Of a DNA stretch of 45,971 nucleotides, positions 17,166 to 26,761 are shown piece after piece. The stretch lies in contig CAYFGV010000003.1 in assembly GCA_964342845.1 (NCBI GenBank), positions 1-45,971 on the forward strand, in the 5' to 3' direction. Source of the DNA: Candidatus Woesearchaeota archaeon. GTDB taxonomy: Archaea; Nanobdellota; Nanobdellia; SCGC-AAA011-G17; CAYFGV01. A program made the position numbers and the translations under genes. Each line of letters begins with the position of its first letter. Within the stretch, counting starts at the first letter, position 1. The notes under the pieces were generated by a model that was not told the origin of the DNA, did no database searches, and saw only the letters and a list, made by a program, of their open reading frames with translations.

Positions 17166-19252
17166 CATACGAATTAATAATTTGCGAGAAACCAGCACAA
17201 GCACAAAAAGTTGCACAAGCATTAGCAGATAAACACCCAAAAAAACATTCTGTAGACAAAGTTCCTTACTACGAACTTACACATAAAAAAAAGAAAATAC
17301 TTGTTGGTTGTGCAGTAGGACATTTATTCACTCTAGCAGAAGCAGAAAAGAACGGATGGAAATATCCGACTTTCAATACTGCTTGGAAACCAATATTTCA
17401 AGTTTCAAAAACTGCAGGTTTTGCAAAAAAATACCATGATGTATTAAAAACTATAACAAAGAATGCTAAAACATTCACAGTCGCAACAGACTATGATCCA
17501 GAAGGGTCTGTAATAGGTTATAACATAGTAAGATTCATTTGCAACAAAAAAGATGCAAAAAGAATGAAATTCTCCACCTTAACTAAAGATGAATTAATAC
17601 AATCATATGAAAAAGCAAACAAACACTTAGACTTTCCACAAATACATGCAGGAGAAACAAGACACCACTTAGATTTCTTATTTGGTATCAATCTATCAAG
17701 AGCATTAACACTATCAATTAAAAACACTTCAGGATTTTTCAAAATACTTTCCATAGGAAGAGTACAAGGTCCAACCCTAAGACTATTAGCAGAAAGAGAA
17801 AAAGAAATTAAAAAATTCAAACCAGAAACATATTTTGAAATATATCTAGACGGATTACTAAAAAAAGAAAAAATAAAAGCAGAGCATAAAAAAGGTAAAA
17901 TAAAAGATAAAGAACAAGTAACTCAAATATTAAAAAAAACTAAAAACAAAAAAGCCTTTATTTCTAAAGTAAAAACAACAACACAAAACCAGCAACCACC
18001 TCACCCTTTTGATTTAACTTCACTACAAATAGAAGCTTACAGATGTTTAAGAGTCACACCAAAAGAAACTTTATCTCTGGCTCAAGACCTATATACAAAA
18101 GGATTAATATCATACCCAAGAACATCTTCACAAAAATTACCTGCAGCATTAAATCATAAAAAACTTATAACTAAAATATCAAAACAAAACACATACAATA
18201 AATTAGCTTTAAATCTATTAAAATCTCCATTAACACCGAATGAAGGGAAAAAATCAGATCCAGCCCACCCAGCAATTTATCCTACAGGTGAACAAAAAAC
18301 ACTACAAGGCAAAAAAGCCCAACTATACGATTTAATTGTAAGAAGATTCCTAGCTACATTTGGAGAACCAGCTAAAAGAGAAACAATAACTCTAGAAATA
18401 GATGTTAACAAAGAGATTTTTGTAACAAAAGGAACAAGAACAATAGAAAAAGGATGGCATATTTATTACGGAAGATTTGCTAATTATAAAGAACAAACAT
18501 TGCCAGAAGCTAATAAAGATGACCAAGTAAAAGTCAAAAAAATATATTCAGAAGAAAAACAAACACAACCACCAAAAAGATACACTCAAGCATCCATAAT
18601 AAAATTAATGGAATCTAAGAATTTAGGAACAAAAGCAACTAGATCCTCAATTGTAGATGCTTTATACCAAAGAAATTATATTCATGATACTTCTTTAGAA
18701 GTTACAGACCTAGGTTTAAAAGTAATAGATACTCTAAAGAAACACTCTCCAGACATAATCCATGAAGAACTAACAGCTGAATTTGAAGAACAAATGGGTA
18801 GGATTCTGAAAGGAAAGAAAAAACAAGAAACAGTTATAACACAAGCTAAAGCTTCATTAAGAAAAATCTTAGAAAATTTCAAGAAAAATGAGAAAAAAAT
18901 TGGAAAAGCATTATCAGAAGCTACAAAAGAAACAAGAAAACAAGAAAGTCTACTAGGTCCTTGTCCTAAATGTAAAAAAGGAAATTTAAGAATTTTATAC
19001 TCTAGAAAAACAAAAAAATCATTTGCTGCTTGTGATCAATATCCTAAATGTAAAACAACTTTTAGTATTCCTGTAGGAAAGATTTTAAAAACAGATAAAG
19101 TCTGTCCACATTGTAAAACACCAATTATTAGAGTTGTAAGAGCAGGTAAAAGACCTTTTGAAATGTGTTTAACAATTAATTGTAAATCAAAAGAAAGTTG
19201 GGGAAATAACAATAATAAAGAAACAACCCAAAAAAAGAGCAAAACAAAATAA
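17162..19252 (+). CDS. topA: DNA topoisomerase I (type IA) with C-terminal zinc ribbons
   Basis: 696 aa. Toprim LIICEKPAQA, active-site tyrosine context ISYPRTSSQ, C-terminal CPKCKKG...CDQYPKC and CPHCKTP zinc ribbons. Confidence 0.92.
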   Translation: MTYELIICEKPAQAQKVAQALADKHPKKHSVDKVPYYELTHKKKKILVGCAVGHLFTLAEAEKNGWKYPTFNTAWKPIFQVSKTAGFAKKYHDVLKTITKNAKTFTVATDYDPEGSVIGYNIVRFICNKKDAKRMKFSTLTKDELIQSYEKANKHLDFPQIHAGETRHHLDFLFGINLSRALTLSIKNTSGFFKILSIGRVQGPTLRLLAEREKEIKKFKPETYFEIYLDGLLKKEKIKAEHKKGKIKDKEQVTQILKKTKNKKAFISKVKTTTQNQQPPHPFDLTSLQIEAYRCLRVTPKETLSLAQDLYTKGLISYPRTSSQKLPAALNHKKLITKISKQNTYNKLALNLLKSPLTPNEGKKSDPAHPAIYPTGEQKTLQGKKAQLYDLIVRRFLATFGEPAKRETITLEIDVNKEIFVTKGTRTIEKGWHIYYGRFANYKEQTLPEANKDDQVKVKKIYSEEKQTQPPKRYTQASIIKLMESKNLGTKATRSSIVDALYQRNYIHDTSLEVTDLGLKVIDTLKKHSPDIIHEELTAEFEEQMGRILKGKKKQETVITQAKASLRKILENFKKNEKKIGKALSEATKETRKQESLLGPCPKCKKGNLRILYSRKTKKSFAACDQYPKCKTTFSIPVGKILKTDKVCPHCKTPIIRVVRAGKRPFEMCLTINCKSKESWGNNNNKETTQKKSKTK

Positions 19253-19255
19253 ATT

Positions 19256-19295
19256 GTTGTCCACAAATACTTATTTATATTTTGTGTTGTCCACA
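19256..19295 (+). repeat. pair of GTTGTCCACA motifs spaced 30 nt (3' side of fic)
   Basis: Copies at 19256-19265 and 19286-19295. The spacer contains TTATTTATAT. The second copy lies inside the last fic codons. Confidence 0.8.
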
Positions 19296-20215
19296 ATCTC
19301 TTTATATGCTTCTTTAATTTTGTTAATAATAAAATTTAAAAAATCAGAAACATCGCCGTCACGTGCCTTTTCTAAACAATCAGTATATTTAATTCGTTCT
19401 CTAAGGTGAATACATATTGGGGGGAAGCCTTCTTTCACTAGCATAAAATTTAACAACAAACGTCCTGTTCTTCCATTTCCATCTATAAAAGGATGAATAG
19501 CAATAAAAAAATGATGGACGCATGTAGCTAAAATTACAGGATGATATTTATTATTTACGATCCAGCGAATCAAATTATTCATTTCATTATTAACTTCAAG
19601 AGGTTTTGTAGGTGTATGTTTTGATCCACCCATATAAACTTGAATCAATCTAAATTTCCCTGCTTGTTCTTCAAGAATATTAAAAGTGAGATTATAATGA
19701 ATCTGTTTAATAAATTTAGTTGAAATTTTTCCTTTATATTCTTTCATAAATTCGTATGTTTTTCGAGTATTTACAACTTCATATATTTCCCTCAATTCTT
19801 TTCCTTTAGGAGAAATTTTGTCTTCTAAAATATGTGCGGTTTCCTTTAAAGTAAGTGTTGAACCCTCGATAGCATTGGTATTAAAAGTAAAATTAATCAA
19901 ATGTTGCTTTTCAATGACTTTGTATTCCACTGGAGAAAGTTTTTTGATTATTTTCTGATATTCTTTTTTAATTTCTTCGAGTTCCTTTTCTGTAATCTTA
20001 TCTAGTTGGCAAACTTTCCTAATTTTTTTCACTTCTTTCACTTTTTCATGAAGGCCTTGTTTTGCTTGTTCGGCAAGTTTATTTAATTTTTCCCCAGATA
20101 TTTCTCCCTTCCCTAATAATTTTCTAATTTTCTTAAACTTTTCCCCAATCCTAATTGTTTGAGTAAGATAATAAAAATTTTTATTACCACTTTTAATTTT
20201 TTCAATATAAACCAT
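19271..20215 (-). CDS. Fic/DOC family protein (AMPylase-type)
   Basis: 314 aa. Canonical Fic motif HPFIDGNGRTGR. The extra about 100-aa N-terminal region is basic. Confidence 0.9.
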   Translation of the reverse strand: MVYIEKIKSGNKNFYYLTQTIRIGEKFKKIRKLLGKGEISGEKLNKLAEQAKQGLHEKVKEVKKIRKVCQLDKITEKELEEIKKEYQKIIKKLSPVEYKVIEKQHLINFTFNTNAIEGSTLTLKETAHILEDKISPKGKELREIYEVVNTRKTYEFMKEYKGKISTKFIKQIHYNLTFNILEEQAGKFRLIQVYMGGSKHTPTKPLEVNNEMNNLIRWIVNNKYHPVILATCVHHFFIAIHPFIDGNGRTGRLLLNFMLVKEGFPPICIHLRERIKYTDCLEKARDGDVSDFLNFIINKIKEAYKEIVDNTKYK

Positions 20216-20226
20216 ACATTTTACAT

Positions 20227-20266
20227 GTTGTCCACATATATAAGCTTTGCTATCTTATTGTCCACA
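20227..20266 (+). repeat. pair of (G/A)TTGTCCACA motifs spaced 30 nt in the fic promoter
   Basis: Copies at 20227-20236 and 20257-20266 flank a TATA-like ATATATAAG (20236-20244), 21-29 nt upstream of the fic ATG. Confidence 0.8.
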
Positions 20267-20300
20267 AAAAACATTTCATTATTTAACTTTTATTGTAGAA

Positions 20301-20921
20301 CTAAACTATCTTCCTAATCCCTTTATCATAAATCTCAAACTCAAAACTTTTCTCTCCAATATCTAAAACTCTTTTTTGATCATTACTTAATTTAATCTTA
20401 TAATCTGTATTAATTAAATTTCCTCCAACAAATTTAACATTACCTTCAAAATCATGATAAACTTGATTAGTTATCAAAACAGAAATACCATATTTTTTAA
20501 CTTCATTTAACTTATCCATCATCCTTTTCAACCTAGAATTAACTAATTTATAATCCCCTTCTCTAACCTTTTTCCTATAATGTGTTCCAATAGTATCAAC
20601 AATTAAAACTTGTATATCTAAATTCTCTATAATCTTAATAACTTCTTTTACTCTATTTTCTTGTTCATCAAAATCTTTAGCTCTTAAAATAAAAATATTA
20701 TCTAAAACATTTACATCTGTAATTTGTTTTACTCTTTCAACAGAAAATCCATTCTCAGTATCTATAAAAAATACTTTTTTAGTTTTAGCCTGTTCAATAG
20801 CAGCTAATATAGCTAAAGTAGTTTTACCAGTAGCAGCAACCCCATAAATCAAATAACTCTTCCCTTTCTCATAACCATTTCCTAAAAATTCATCCAAATC
20901 CTTAGAACCTGTTTTTATCAT
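20301..20921 (-). CDS. radB: RadB-like recombinase paralogue (RecA/RadA/KaiC superfamily)
   Basis: 206 aa. TGSKDLDEFLGNGYEKGKSYLIYG, Walker A GVAATGKTT, FIDTENGFSVERVKQI, Walker B VLIVDT. Confidence 0.8.
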   Translation of the reverse strand: MIKTGSKDLDEFLGNGYEKGKSYLIYGVAATGKTTLAILAAIEQAKTKKVFFIDTENGFSVERVKQITDVNVLDNIFILRAKDFDEQENRVKEVIKIIENLDIQVLIVDTIGTHYRKKVREGDYKLVNSRLKRMMDKLNEVKKYGISVLITNQVYHDFEGNVKFVGGNLINTDYKIKLSNDQKRVLDIGEKSFEFEIYDKGIRKIV

Positions 20922-21029
20922 AAGATTTAAGATAATTTAATAGATTAAATACTTTATCTAAATACTTTAACAACTTAAAAGTAATAAAGGTGGAAAGATT
21001 TATAAGCTAATGACGCACTATTTAATAGT

Positions 21030-21188
21030 ATGAAAGACCTATATAAAAGTGAAGAATGGAAATCATTAAATGAAATTGATAGAGCACAGCTTCTTCTAGT
21101 TATTGAAGGATTAAAAAGAGGCACAATGATTAGGGGAAATTGGACTTCTTTTATAGACATTCTAAAAAAAAACGGGTTTAAGACATAA
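21030..21188 (+). CDS. possible small protein (52 aa), absent from the ORF track
   Basis: MKDLYKSEEWKSLNEIDRAQLLLVIEGLKRGTMIRGNWTSFIDILKKNGFKT. ATG lies about 28 nt downstream of a TATA-like ATTTATAAG (about 20996-21004). Composition is more protein-like than the 74-aa antisense ORF. Confidence 0.3.
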   Translation: MKDLYKSEEWKSLNEIDRAQLLLVIEGLKRGTMIRGNWTSFIDILKKNGFKT

Positions 21189-21225
21189 ATTAAATACAAG
21201 TAAGTATCTTTTAAATCCTGTTGTT

Positions 21226-21720
21226 ATGGTTGCAAAACCCGAAGATTTACAAGAACAAACTGAAAGGCATTTGACTCTGCCTGAAAGTGCAAATAGAGCT
21301 GATTTTCATAGGATTTTCGGTTCATTGCTCGGGTATCCTAAATGTTGTACAGAGGAGTATATAACAGATAGAACTCCTGAACAAAAAAAAGCTAAAAGAA
21401 ATGGACATCGACATTTAAGTTATAAATTTGGCCAAGAATTAGATGCTATAATTCAAATCGAAGGAAATTATCCTGATATTTTTGATTATCGGCCTCTTAG
21501 TTTTACTCCATGCGGAATAAACTGCCCAGAAGCAATAAGAGATCTAACTTCTTGGAAAGAAGCAATCAATGTTATTGACCCAAAAACAGGCAGAGAGTTG
21601 GTATATTTCAATAGAAGAGGTCTTCCTGAGAGATTGGCACACAATGAATATTTACAGCAAGAAGGTCAAATAAGAAATTTAGAATATAAATTAGAACTGC
21701 TAAGAGAGAGTGCGAGATAA
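21226..21720 (+). CDS. hypothetical protein, DUF483-like (LGYPKCC motif)
   Basis: 164 aa. GSLLGYPKCCTEEY and a later TPCGINCPE cysteine cluster. Sampled GC (about 38%) is above the neighbourhood. Confidence 0.5.
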   Translation: MVAKPEDLQEQTERHLTLPESANRADFHRIFGSLLGYPKCCTEEYITDRTPEQKKAKRNGHRHLSYKFGQELDAIIQIEGNYPDIFDYRPLSFTPCGINCPEAIRDLTSWKEAINVIDPKTGRELVYFNRRGLPERLAHNEYLQQEGQIRNLEYKLELLRESAR

Positions 21721-21762
21721 AAACACTATTTCTAACCTCCTTTTTAAACCCAAACCGAAACC

Positions 21763-21770
21763 TTTATATA
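21763..21770 (+). promoter_or_regulatory. TATA box (TTTATATA)
   Basis: GAAACCTTTATATA upstream of the gene starting at 21804. Confidence 0.45.
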
Positions 21771-21777
21771 CAACTAT

Positions 21778-21804
21778 GTATACACCAAAAAGTATACACC
21801 AAAA
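21778..21804 (+). promoter_or_regulatory. tandem direct repeat GTATACACCAAAA x2 (operator-like)
   Basis: Copies at 21778-21790 and 21792-21804, 14-nt period, each containing the palindrome GTATAC. They lie between the TATA box and the ATG. Confidence 0.5.
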
Positions 21805-22163
21805 TGGAAGACATATTTCAAGCAAAAATTCTATGCAATGAATGCAACTCAGAAACAGAAAAAACAGTAATAATCAAAGATGGTTTTAAACTTAGATCTA
21901 TAACATGTAAAGGCTGTAAAAAAACATGGCCTCACCCATCAGACCTAAAACAATACAATAAATTTAAAGATATAAAAAATAAAAATTACAAAGTTAAATT
22001 AAGATTAGTAGGAAACTCATACACAGTCTCAATTCCTAAAGAAATAATCCAATTCGAAGAAAAATTCAAAAATATAGAGCAAGATTTAGACAAAATGATT
22101 AACCTAAACCTGGAAAAACCAGGAAAAATAACACTTTTCTTCTCAAGAATATATAAAAAATGA
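21804..22163 (+). CDS. zinc-ribbon + AbrB/SpoVT-like DNA-binding protein
   Basis: 119 aa. CNECNS...CKGCKK zinc ribbon, then LRLVGNSYTVSIPKEII (swapped-hairpin AbrB/MazE-type signature). The stop overlaps the cdc48 ATG (ATGA). Confidence 0.6.
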   Translation: MEDIFQAKILCNECNSETEKTVIIKDGFKLRSITCKGCKKTWPHPSDLKQYNKFKDIKNKNYKVKLRLVGNSYTVSIPKEIIQFEEKFKNIEQDLDKMINLNLEKPGKITLFFSRIYKK

Positions 22164-24439
22164 CAAAACAAACCAATCTTAAAGTAATGGAAGCCCTGCA
22201 AGAAGAAGCTTACAAAGGAATTGTTAGAATAGACTCTGAAACAATGAAAGAAATAGGTGTAAGACCCGGTGACATCATAGAAATCGAAGGAAAAAGAAAA
22301 ACTGTTGGTATTGTAGACAGAGCATATCCAACAGATGTGGGTGAATCAATTATAAGAATGGATGGTATTCTAAGAAGAAACGCAAGAACAGGTATTGGTG
22401 AACAAGTAACAATCAATAAATCAGATGTTAAAGAAGCAAAAAAAATTACCTTAGCTCCAGCACAACAAGGAGTTATGATACAAGCAAATCCAGCTTTATT
22501 CAGATCAGGATTACTAGGAAGAGTAATTCTAAAAGGAGATATTGTAGCTTTAGGTGGAACAAAAAGAAGAAGAAAAACAATGTCAGATTCAAACTTAGAA
22601 GAAGTTTTTGGAGATATTTTTGAAACTATTTCACAAGGAGGTTTCATGGGAACCTTTGGTTCATTAAAATTTATAGTAGCAGACACAAACCCTTCTAAAG
22701 AAACAGTAATTATAACAGAAAATACAGAAATTAAACTAAGCTCAAAACCATTAGAAGTTAGAGAAGAATCACCAGTACCAGATGTTACATACGAAGACTT
22801 AGGTGGTTTATCAGACGAAGTTTCAAAAGTAAGAGAAATGGTTGAACTCCCTTTAAAACACCCAGAAATATTTAATGCACTAGGTATAGAACCACCAAAA
22901 GGAGTATTACTATACGGCCCACCTGGTTGCGGAAAAACTTTGCTAGCAAAAGCAGTAGCAAATGAATCAGAAGCTAATTTCATGGTTGTTAACGGCCCAG
23001 AAATTATGAATAAATTTTACGGAGAATCAGAAAAAAGAGTTAGACAAATATTTGAACAAGCAGAAAAAAATTCACCTTCTATAATTTTCATAGATGAAAT
23101 AGATGCAATAGCACCTAAAAGAGAAGATGTTCACGGAGAAGTTGAAAGAAGAGTTGTAGCTCAGTTATTAGCTACAATGGATGGCTTAAACAAAAGAGGA
23201 AAAGTTGTTGTTATGGCTGCAACAAACAGACCAAATGCCATAGACCCTGCATTAAGAAGACCGGGAAGATTTGACAGAGAAATGTCTTTTAGTATACCAG
23301 ATAAAAAAGGAAGATTAGAAATTTTAAAAATTCATACAAGAAACATGCCTTTAACAGAAAACGTAAATCTAAAATACTTATCAGAAATTACACACGGTTT
23401 TGTAGGAGCAGATCTAGAAGCACTAGCAAAAGAAGCAGCAATGAGCGTATTAAGAAAATCAGTTCCAAAATTAAATTTAAAAGAAAAAAATGCAAAAATT
23501 CCAGAAGATTTCTTAAAAAATCTAAAAATAACTCAAGAAGATTTCAAAGACGCATTAAAATTAGTAAGACCTTCAGCATTAAGAGAAGTCTTAGTTGAAA
23601 AACCAAATATAAACTGGCAAGATATAGGTGGATTAAATGAAATAAAACAACAATTAAAAGAAGTTGTAGAATTGCCATTAAAAAATCCAAAAGCTTTCAA
23701 AAAATTAGGAATAAAACCACCTAAGGGAGTATTACTATACGGTCCACCTGGTTGCGGAAAAACTTTACTAGCAAAAGCAGTAGCAAATGAATCAGAAGCA
23801 AATTTTATACAGATTAAAGGACCAGAATTATTATCAAAATGGGTTGGCGAGTCAGAAAAAGGAATAAGAAAGATTTTCAAAAAAGCAAGACAAGCATCAC
23901 CTTCGATAATATTCTTTGATGAAATAGATTCTATAGCTCCAACTAGAGGCTCAGACAACATAAAAGTAACAGAAAGAATGGTAACACAACTTTTATCAGA
24001 AATGGATGGATTGCAAGAATTAAACGACGTTATTATTATAGCAGCTACAAACAGACCAGATATCTTAGACCCTGCTTTAACAAGACCAGGAAGATTTGAC
24101 AGGATGATTCTAGTAAACACTCCAGACAAAGAGGCAAGAAAAGAAATTTTAAATATTCACACAAGTAATATGCCTCTAGATAAAAACGTAAACCTAGAAA
24201 AACTAGCAGAAAAAACAAAAGGGTTAGTAGGAGCAGACATTGAATCATTAGCAAGAGAAGCAGCTATGTTAGCTCTAAGAGAAAATGAAAATATAGCAAA
24301 GATTTCATTAAAACACTTTGAGAAAGCATTAGAGAAATTAAAACCATCTGTAAGAGAAGAAGACGCAAAAAGATATGAAGAAATTGACATGGCTTCTAAA
24401 AGAAGTTCTCAAATAGGAAAACAAGCATATTTCGGATAA
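22160..24439 (+). CDS. cdc48: CDC48/VCP-type AAA+ ATPase (two AAA domains)
   Basis: 759 aa. Double-psi-barrel N-domain ([24 protein letters not shown]). Two AAA modules, each with [12 protein letters not shown] and an SRH. Confidence 0.95.
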   Translation: MTKQTNLKVMEALQEEAYKGIVRIDSETMKEIGVRPGDIIEIEGKRKTVGIVDRAYPTDVGESIIRMDGILRRNARTGIGEQVTINKSDVKEAKKITLAPAQQGVMIQANPALFRSGLLGRVILKGDIVALGGTKRRRKTMSDSNLEEVFGDIFETISQGGFMGTFGSLKFIVADTNPSKETVIITENTEIKLSSKPLEVREESPVPDVTYEDLGGLSDEVSKVREMVELPLKHPEIFNALGIEPPKGVLLYGPPGCGKTLLAKAVANESEANFMVVNGPEIMNKFYGESEKRVRQIFEQAEKNSPSIIFIDEIDAIAPKREDVHGEVERRVVAQLLATMDGLNKRGKVVVMAATNRPNAIDPALRRPGRFDREMSFSIPDKKGRLEILKIHTRNMPLTENVNLKYLSEITHGFVGADLEALAKEAAMSVLRKSVPKLNLKEKNAKIPEDFLKNLKITQEDFKDALKLVRPSALREVLVEKPNINWQDIGGLNEIKQQLKEVVELPLKNPKAFKKLGIKPPKGVLLYGPPGCGKTLLAKAVANESEANFIQIKGPELLSKWVGESEKGIRKIFKKARQASPSIIFFDEIDSIAPTRGSDNIKVTERMVTQLLSEMDGLQELNDVIIIAATNRPDILDPALTRPGRFDRMILVNTPDKEARKEILNIHTSNMPLDKNVNLEKLAEKTKGLVGADIESLAREAAMLALRENENIAKISLKHFEKALEKLKPSVREEDAKRYEEIDMASKRSSQIGKQAYFG
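22892..22980 (+). repeat. intragenic repeat, D1 copy (89 nt)
   Basis: 84/89 nt identical to 23717-23805. Encodes [30 protein letters not shown] in both AAA domains. Confidence 0.85.
23717..23805 (+). repeat. intragenic repeat, D2 copy (89 nt)
   Basis: See the D1 copy. There are 5 mismatches by manual alignment. Confidence 0.85.
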
Positions 24440-24447
24440 TTCTTAAA

Positions 24448-24888
24448 ATGGAAAAATTAACAAAAAAACAATTACAGGAAAAAGTAGAAGAGTTGAATAA
24501 CTCATTGAAATACTTGCAAGCAGATTTTGAAAACTACAAAAAATATATAGAAAAACAAAACTCTTCAGTAATCTCCTTAGCAAATGAATCTCTAATAAAA
24601 GAACTATTAGGAATATTAGATTCTTTAGATCAAGCAGCTAAGAATTCAAAAGGAGTTGAACTAATACAAAAAAACTTTTTAGAAATACTTAACAAAAAGG
24701 GATTACAAAAAATAACACTAAAAAAATTAGATCCTTATTTTCATGAAGTTCTTCAAAAAGTTGAATCAGAAAAAGAAGAAGATACAATTATAGAAGAATT
24801 TCAAAAAGGATACACATTAAACTCAAAGGTCATAAGACCGTCAAAAGTAAAAGTTTCAGGAGGAAATCAAAATGACAAAAAACAATAA
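24448..24888 (+). CDS. grpE: nucleotide exchange factor GrpE (short form)
   Basis: 146 aa. Coiled-coil N-terminus ([11 protein letters not shown]) and a C-terminal beta domain. Position is immediately upstream of, and overlapping, dnaK. Confidence 0.8.
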   Translation: MEKLTKKQLQEKVEELNNSLKYLQADFENYKKYIEKQNSSVISLANESLIKELLGILDSLDQAAKNSKGVELIQKNFLEILNKKGLQKITLKKLDPYFHEVLQKVESEKEEDTIIEEFQKGYTLNSKVIRPSKVKVSGGNQNDKKQ

Positions 24889-26746
24889 AGAAAAAATTTT
24901 AGGGGTGGACTTAGGAACTTCAAATTCCCAAGCATCTGTAATTATGGGTGGTAAAGCAACAATAATCCCATCAGCAGAAGGAGCAACTGTTGCAGGAAAA
25001 ATGTTTCCATCAGTTATAGCTTTCACAAAAGAAAATCAACTTTTAGTTGGAGAACCAGCTAGAAGGCAAGCAGTTTCAAATCCAGATAACACGGTAATGG
25101 CTGCTAAAAGAAAAATAGGTACTTCACATAAGTACAATATTCAAGGTAAAGATTATACACCTCAACAAATCTCTGCATTCATCTTACAAAAGATAAAAAA
25201 GGATGCAGAGGCCTTTTTAGGCGAACCAGTTAAAAAAGCTGTTATCACAGTTCCAGCATATTTTAACGACAACCAAAGAACTGCAACTAAAGACGCAGGA
25301 AAAATAGCTGGCTTAGAAGTAGTTAGGTTAGTTAACGAACCAACAGCAGCCTCAATGGCGTATGGAATAGATAAAGAAGGCGAACATAAGATTTTAGTTT
25401 TCGACCTAGGTGGAGGAACTCTAGATGTAACAGTAATGGAACTAGCAGATTCTACATTCAATGTATTATCTACATCAGGAGACACAAAGCTAGGTGGAAC
25501 AGATATGGATCATGAGATAATTAATTTCTTAGTTGAAGAATTCAAAGGAAAAGAATCAATAGATCTATCAACAGACACAACAGCAATGCAAAGATTAAGA
25601 GAAGCAGCTGAAAAAGCTAAGATAGAACTATCAACAGTTATAGAAACAGAGATTAACATACCTTATATAACTTCTACTGACCAAGGTCCGAAACACCTAA
25701 CACTAAAATTAACAAGATCTAAATTAGAATCTCTAGTTAATGATTTAGTAGAAAAGTGTAAAAAACCAATTGAACAGGCATTATCAGACGCTAAACTAAC
25801 AAAAGATAACATAACTAAGATTATTTTAGTTGGTGGCCCGACAAGAATGCCTATTGTTCAAAAATTCATAGAAGAAATAGCAGGTAAAAAAGTAGAACAC
25901 GGTATTGATCCTATGGAATGTGTTGCTCAAGGAGCAGCTATCCAAGGAGGTATTTTAGCAGGAGATATTAAAGATCTATTACTATTAGATGTAACTCCAC
26001 TAACCTTAGGAATAGAAACATTAGGAGAAGTAATGACACCTTTAATTGATAGAAATACAACAATACCAACAAATAAATCACAGGTATTTTCCACAGCAGC
26101 AGATAGTCAGACAGCAGTAACTATTCATGTTTTACAAGGTGAAAGGCCAATGTCTAGAGACAACACTAGTTTAGGACAATTCAACTTAGAAGGAATTCCA
26201 CCAGCACCAAGAGGGATACCACAAATTGAAGTTACTTTTGACATAGATGCTTCAGGAATCATAAATGTTTCTGCAAAAGACAAAGCAACAGGAAAAGAAC
26301 AAAAAACAACAATAACAGCTTCAACTAAACTATCAGATGATGAAGTTAACAAAATGGTTGATGAAGCAAAAAATCACGAAGAAGAAGACAAAAAGAAAAA
26401 AGAAGAGATTGAAACAGTAAATACAGCAGACTCAATGATTTATACAACAGAGAAAACAATTGCAGACTTAGGAGATAAAATACCTAAAGAGGTAAAAGAA
26501 AAAGTTGACTCTAAAGTAAAAGAACTAAAAGAAAGTTTAGAAAGCAAAGACAATTCTAAAATCAAAGAAAAAACAGAAGAGTTAACTAAAGTTCTGCAAG
26601 AGATTGGATCAGCAATGTATCAGCAAGCACAACCACAAGAACCTGGTAAAGAGGATAAGAACAAATCCGAAGAAAAAAATAACCAGGAAAAAGTTGTTGA
26701 CGCAGACTTCAAAGTAGAAGACGACAAAAAAGAGGAGAAAAAATAA
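24872..26746 (+). CDS. dnaK: molecular chaperone DnaK (Hsp70)
   Basis: 624 aa. [27 protein letters not shown] and the EEDKKKKEE tail. AGGAGG Shine-Dalgarno-like sequence 9 nt upstream of the ATG. Confidence 0.97.
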   Translation: MTKNNKEKILGVDLGTSNSQASVIMGGKATIIPSAEGATVAGKMFPSVIAFTKENQLLVGEPARRQAVSNPDNTVMAAKRKIGTSHKYNIQGKDYTPQQISAFILQKIKKDAEAFLGEPVKKAVITVPAYFNDNQRTATKDAGKIAGLEVVRLVNEPTAASMAYGIDKEGEHKILVFDLGGGTLDVTVMELADSTFNVLSTSGDTKLGGTDMDHEIINFLVEEFKGKESIDLSTDTTAMQRLREAAEKAKIELSTVIETEINIPYITSTDQGPKHLTLKLTRSKLESLVNDLVEKCKKPIEQALSDAKLTKDNITKIILVGGPTRMPIVQKFIEEIAGKKVEHGIDPMECVAQGAAIQGGILAGDIKDLLLLDVTPLTLGIETLGEVMTPLIDRNTTIPTNKSQVFSTAADSQTAVTIHVLQGERPMSRDNTSLGQFNLEGIPPAPRGIPQIEVTFDIDASGIINVSAKDKATGKEQKTTITASTKLSDDEVNKMVDEAKNHEEEDKKKKEEIETVNTADSMIYTTEKTIADLGDKIPKEVKEKVDSKVKELKESLESKDNSKIKEKTEELTKVLQEIGSAMYQQAQPQEPGKEDKNKSEEKNNQEKVVDADFKVEDDKKEEKK

Positions 26747-26761
26747 TTTTTATTTTTTTAA

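Noticed and set aside
19036-19296. 86-aa - strand ORF antisense to the topA 3' end
   Set aside because: It is hydrophobic and low-complexity, and its N-terminus (WTT...WTT) is simply the translation of the TTGTCCACA repeats. It is not called as a CDS, although a non-coding antisense transcript from the promoter-like repeat pair remains possible (see the fic finding).
19256-20266. Interpreting the TTGTCCACA copies as terminal inverted repeats of a transposon carrying fic
   Set aside because: All four copies are in direct, not inverted, orientation. No transposase is present, and the copies coincide with promoter-like TATA elements. A regulatory role or cassette-boundary direct repeats are more likely.
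20975-21199. 74-aa - strand ORF in the radB / DUF483-like spacer
   Set aside because: F/S/L-rich antisense-type composition and no promoter at the right distance. The + strand 52-aa ORF is more plausible.
22210-22983. 257-aa ORF on the - strand inside cdc48
   Set aside because: It is fully antisense to a strongly supported CDC48 gene. The S/P/T/F-rich low-complexity translation is typical of the reverse frame of an A/G-rich coding strand. The same applies to 23533-24129, 24045-24254 and 24157-24390.
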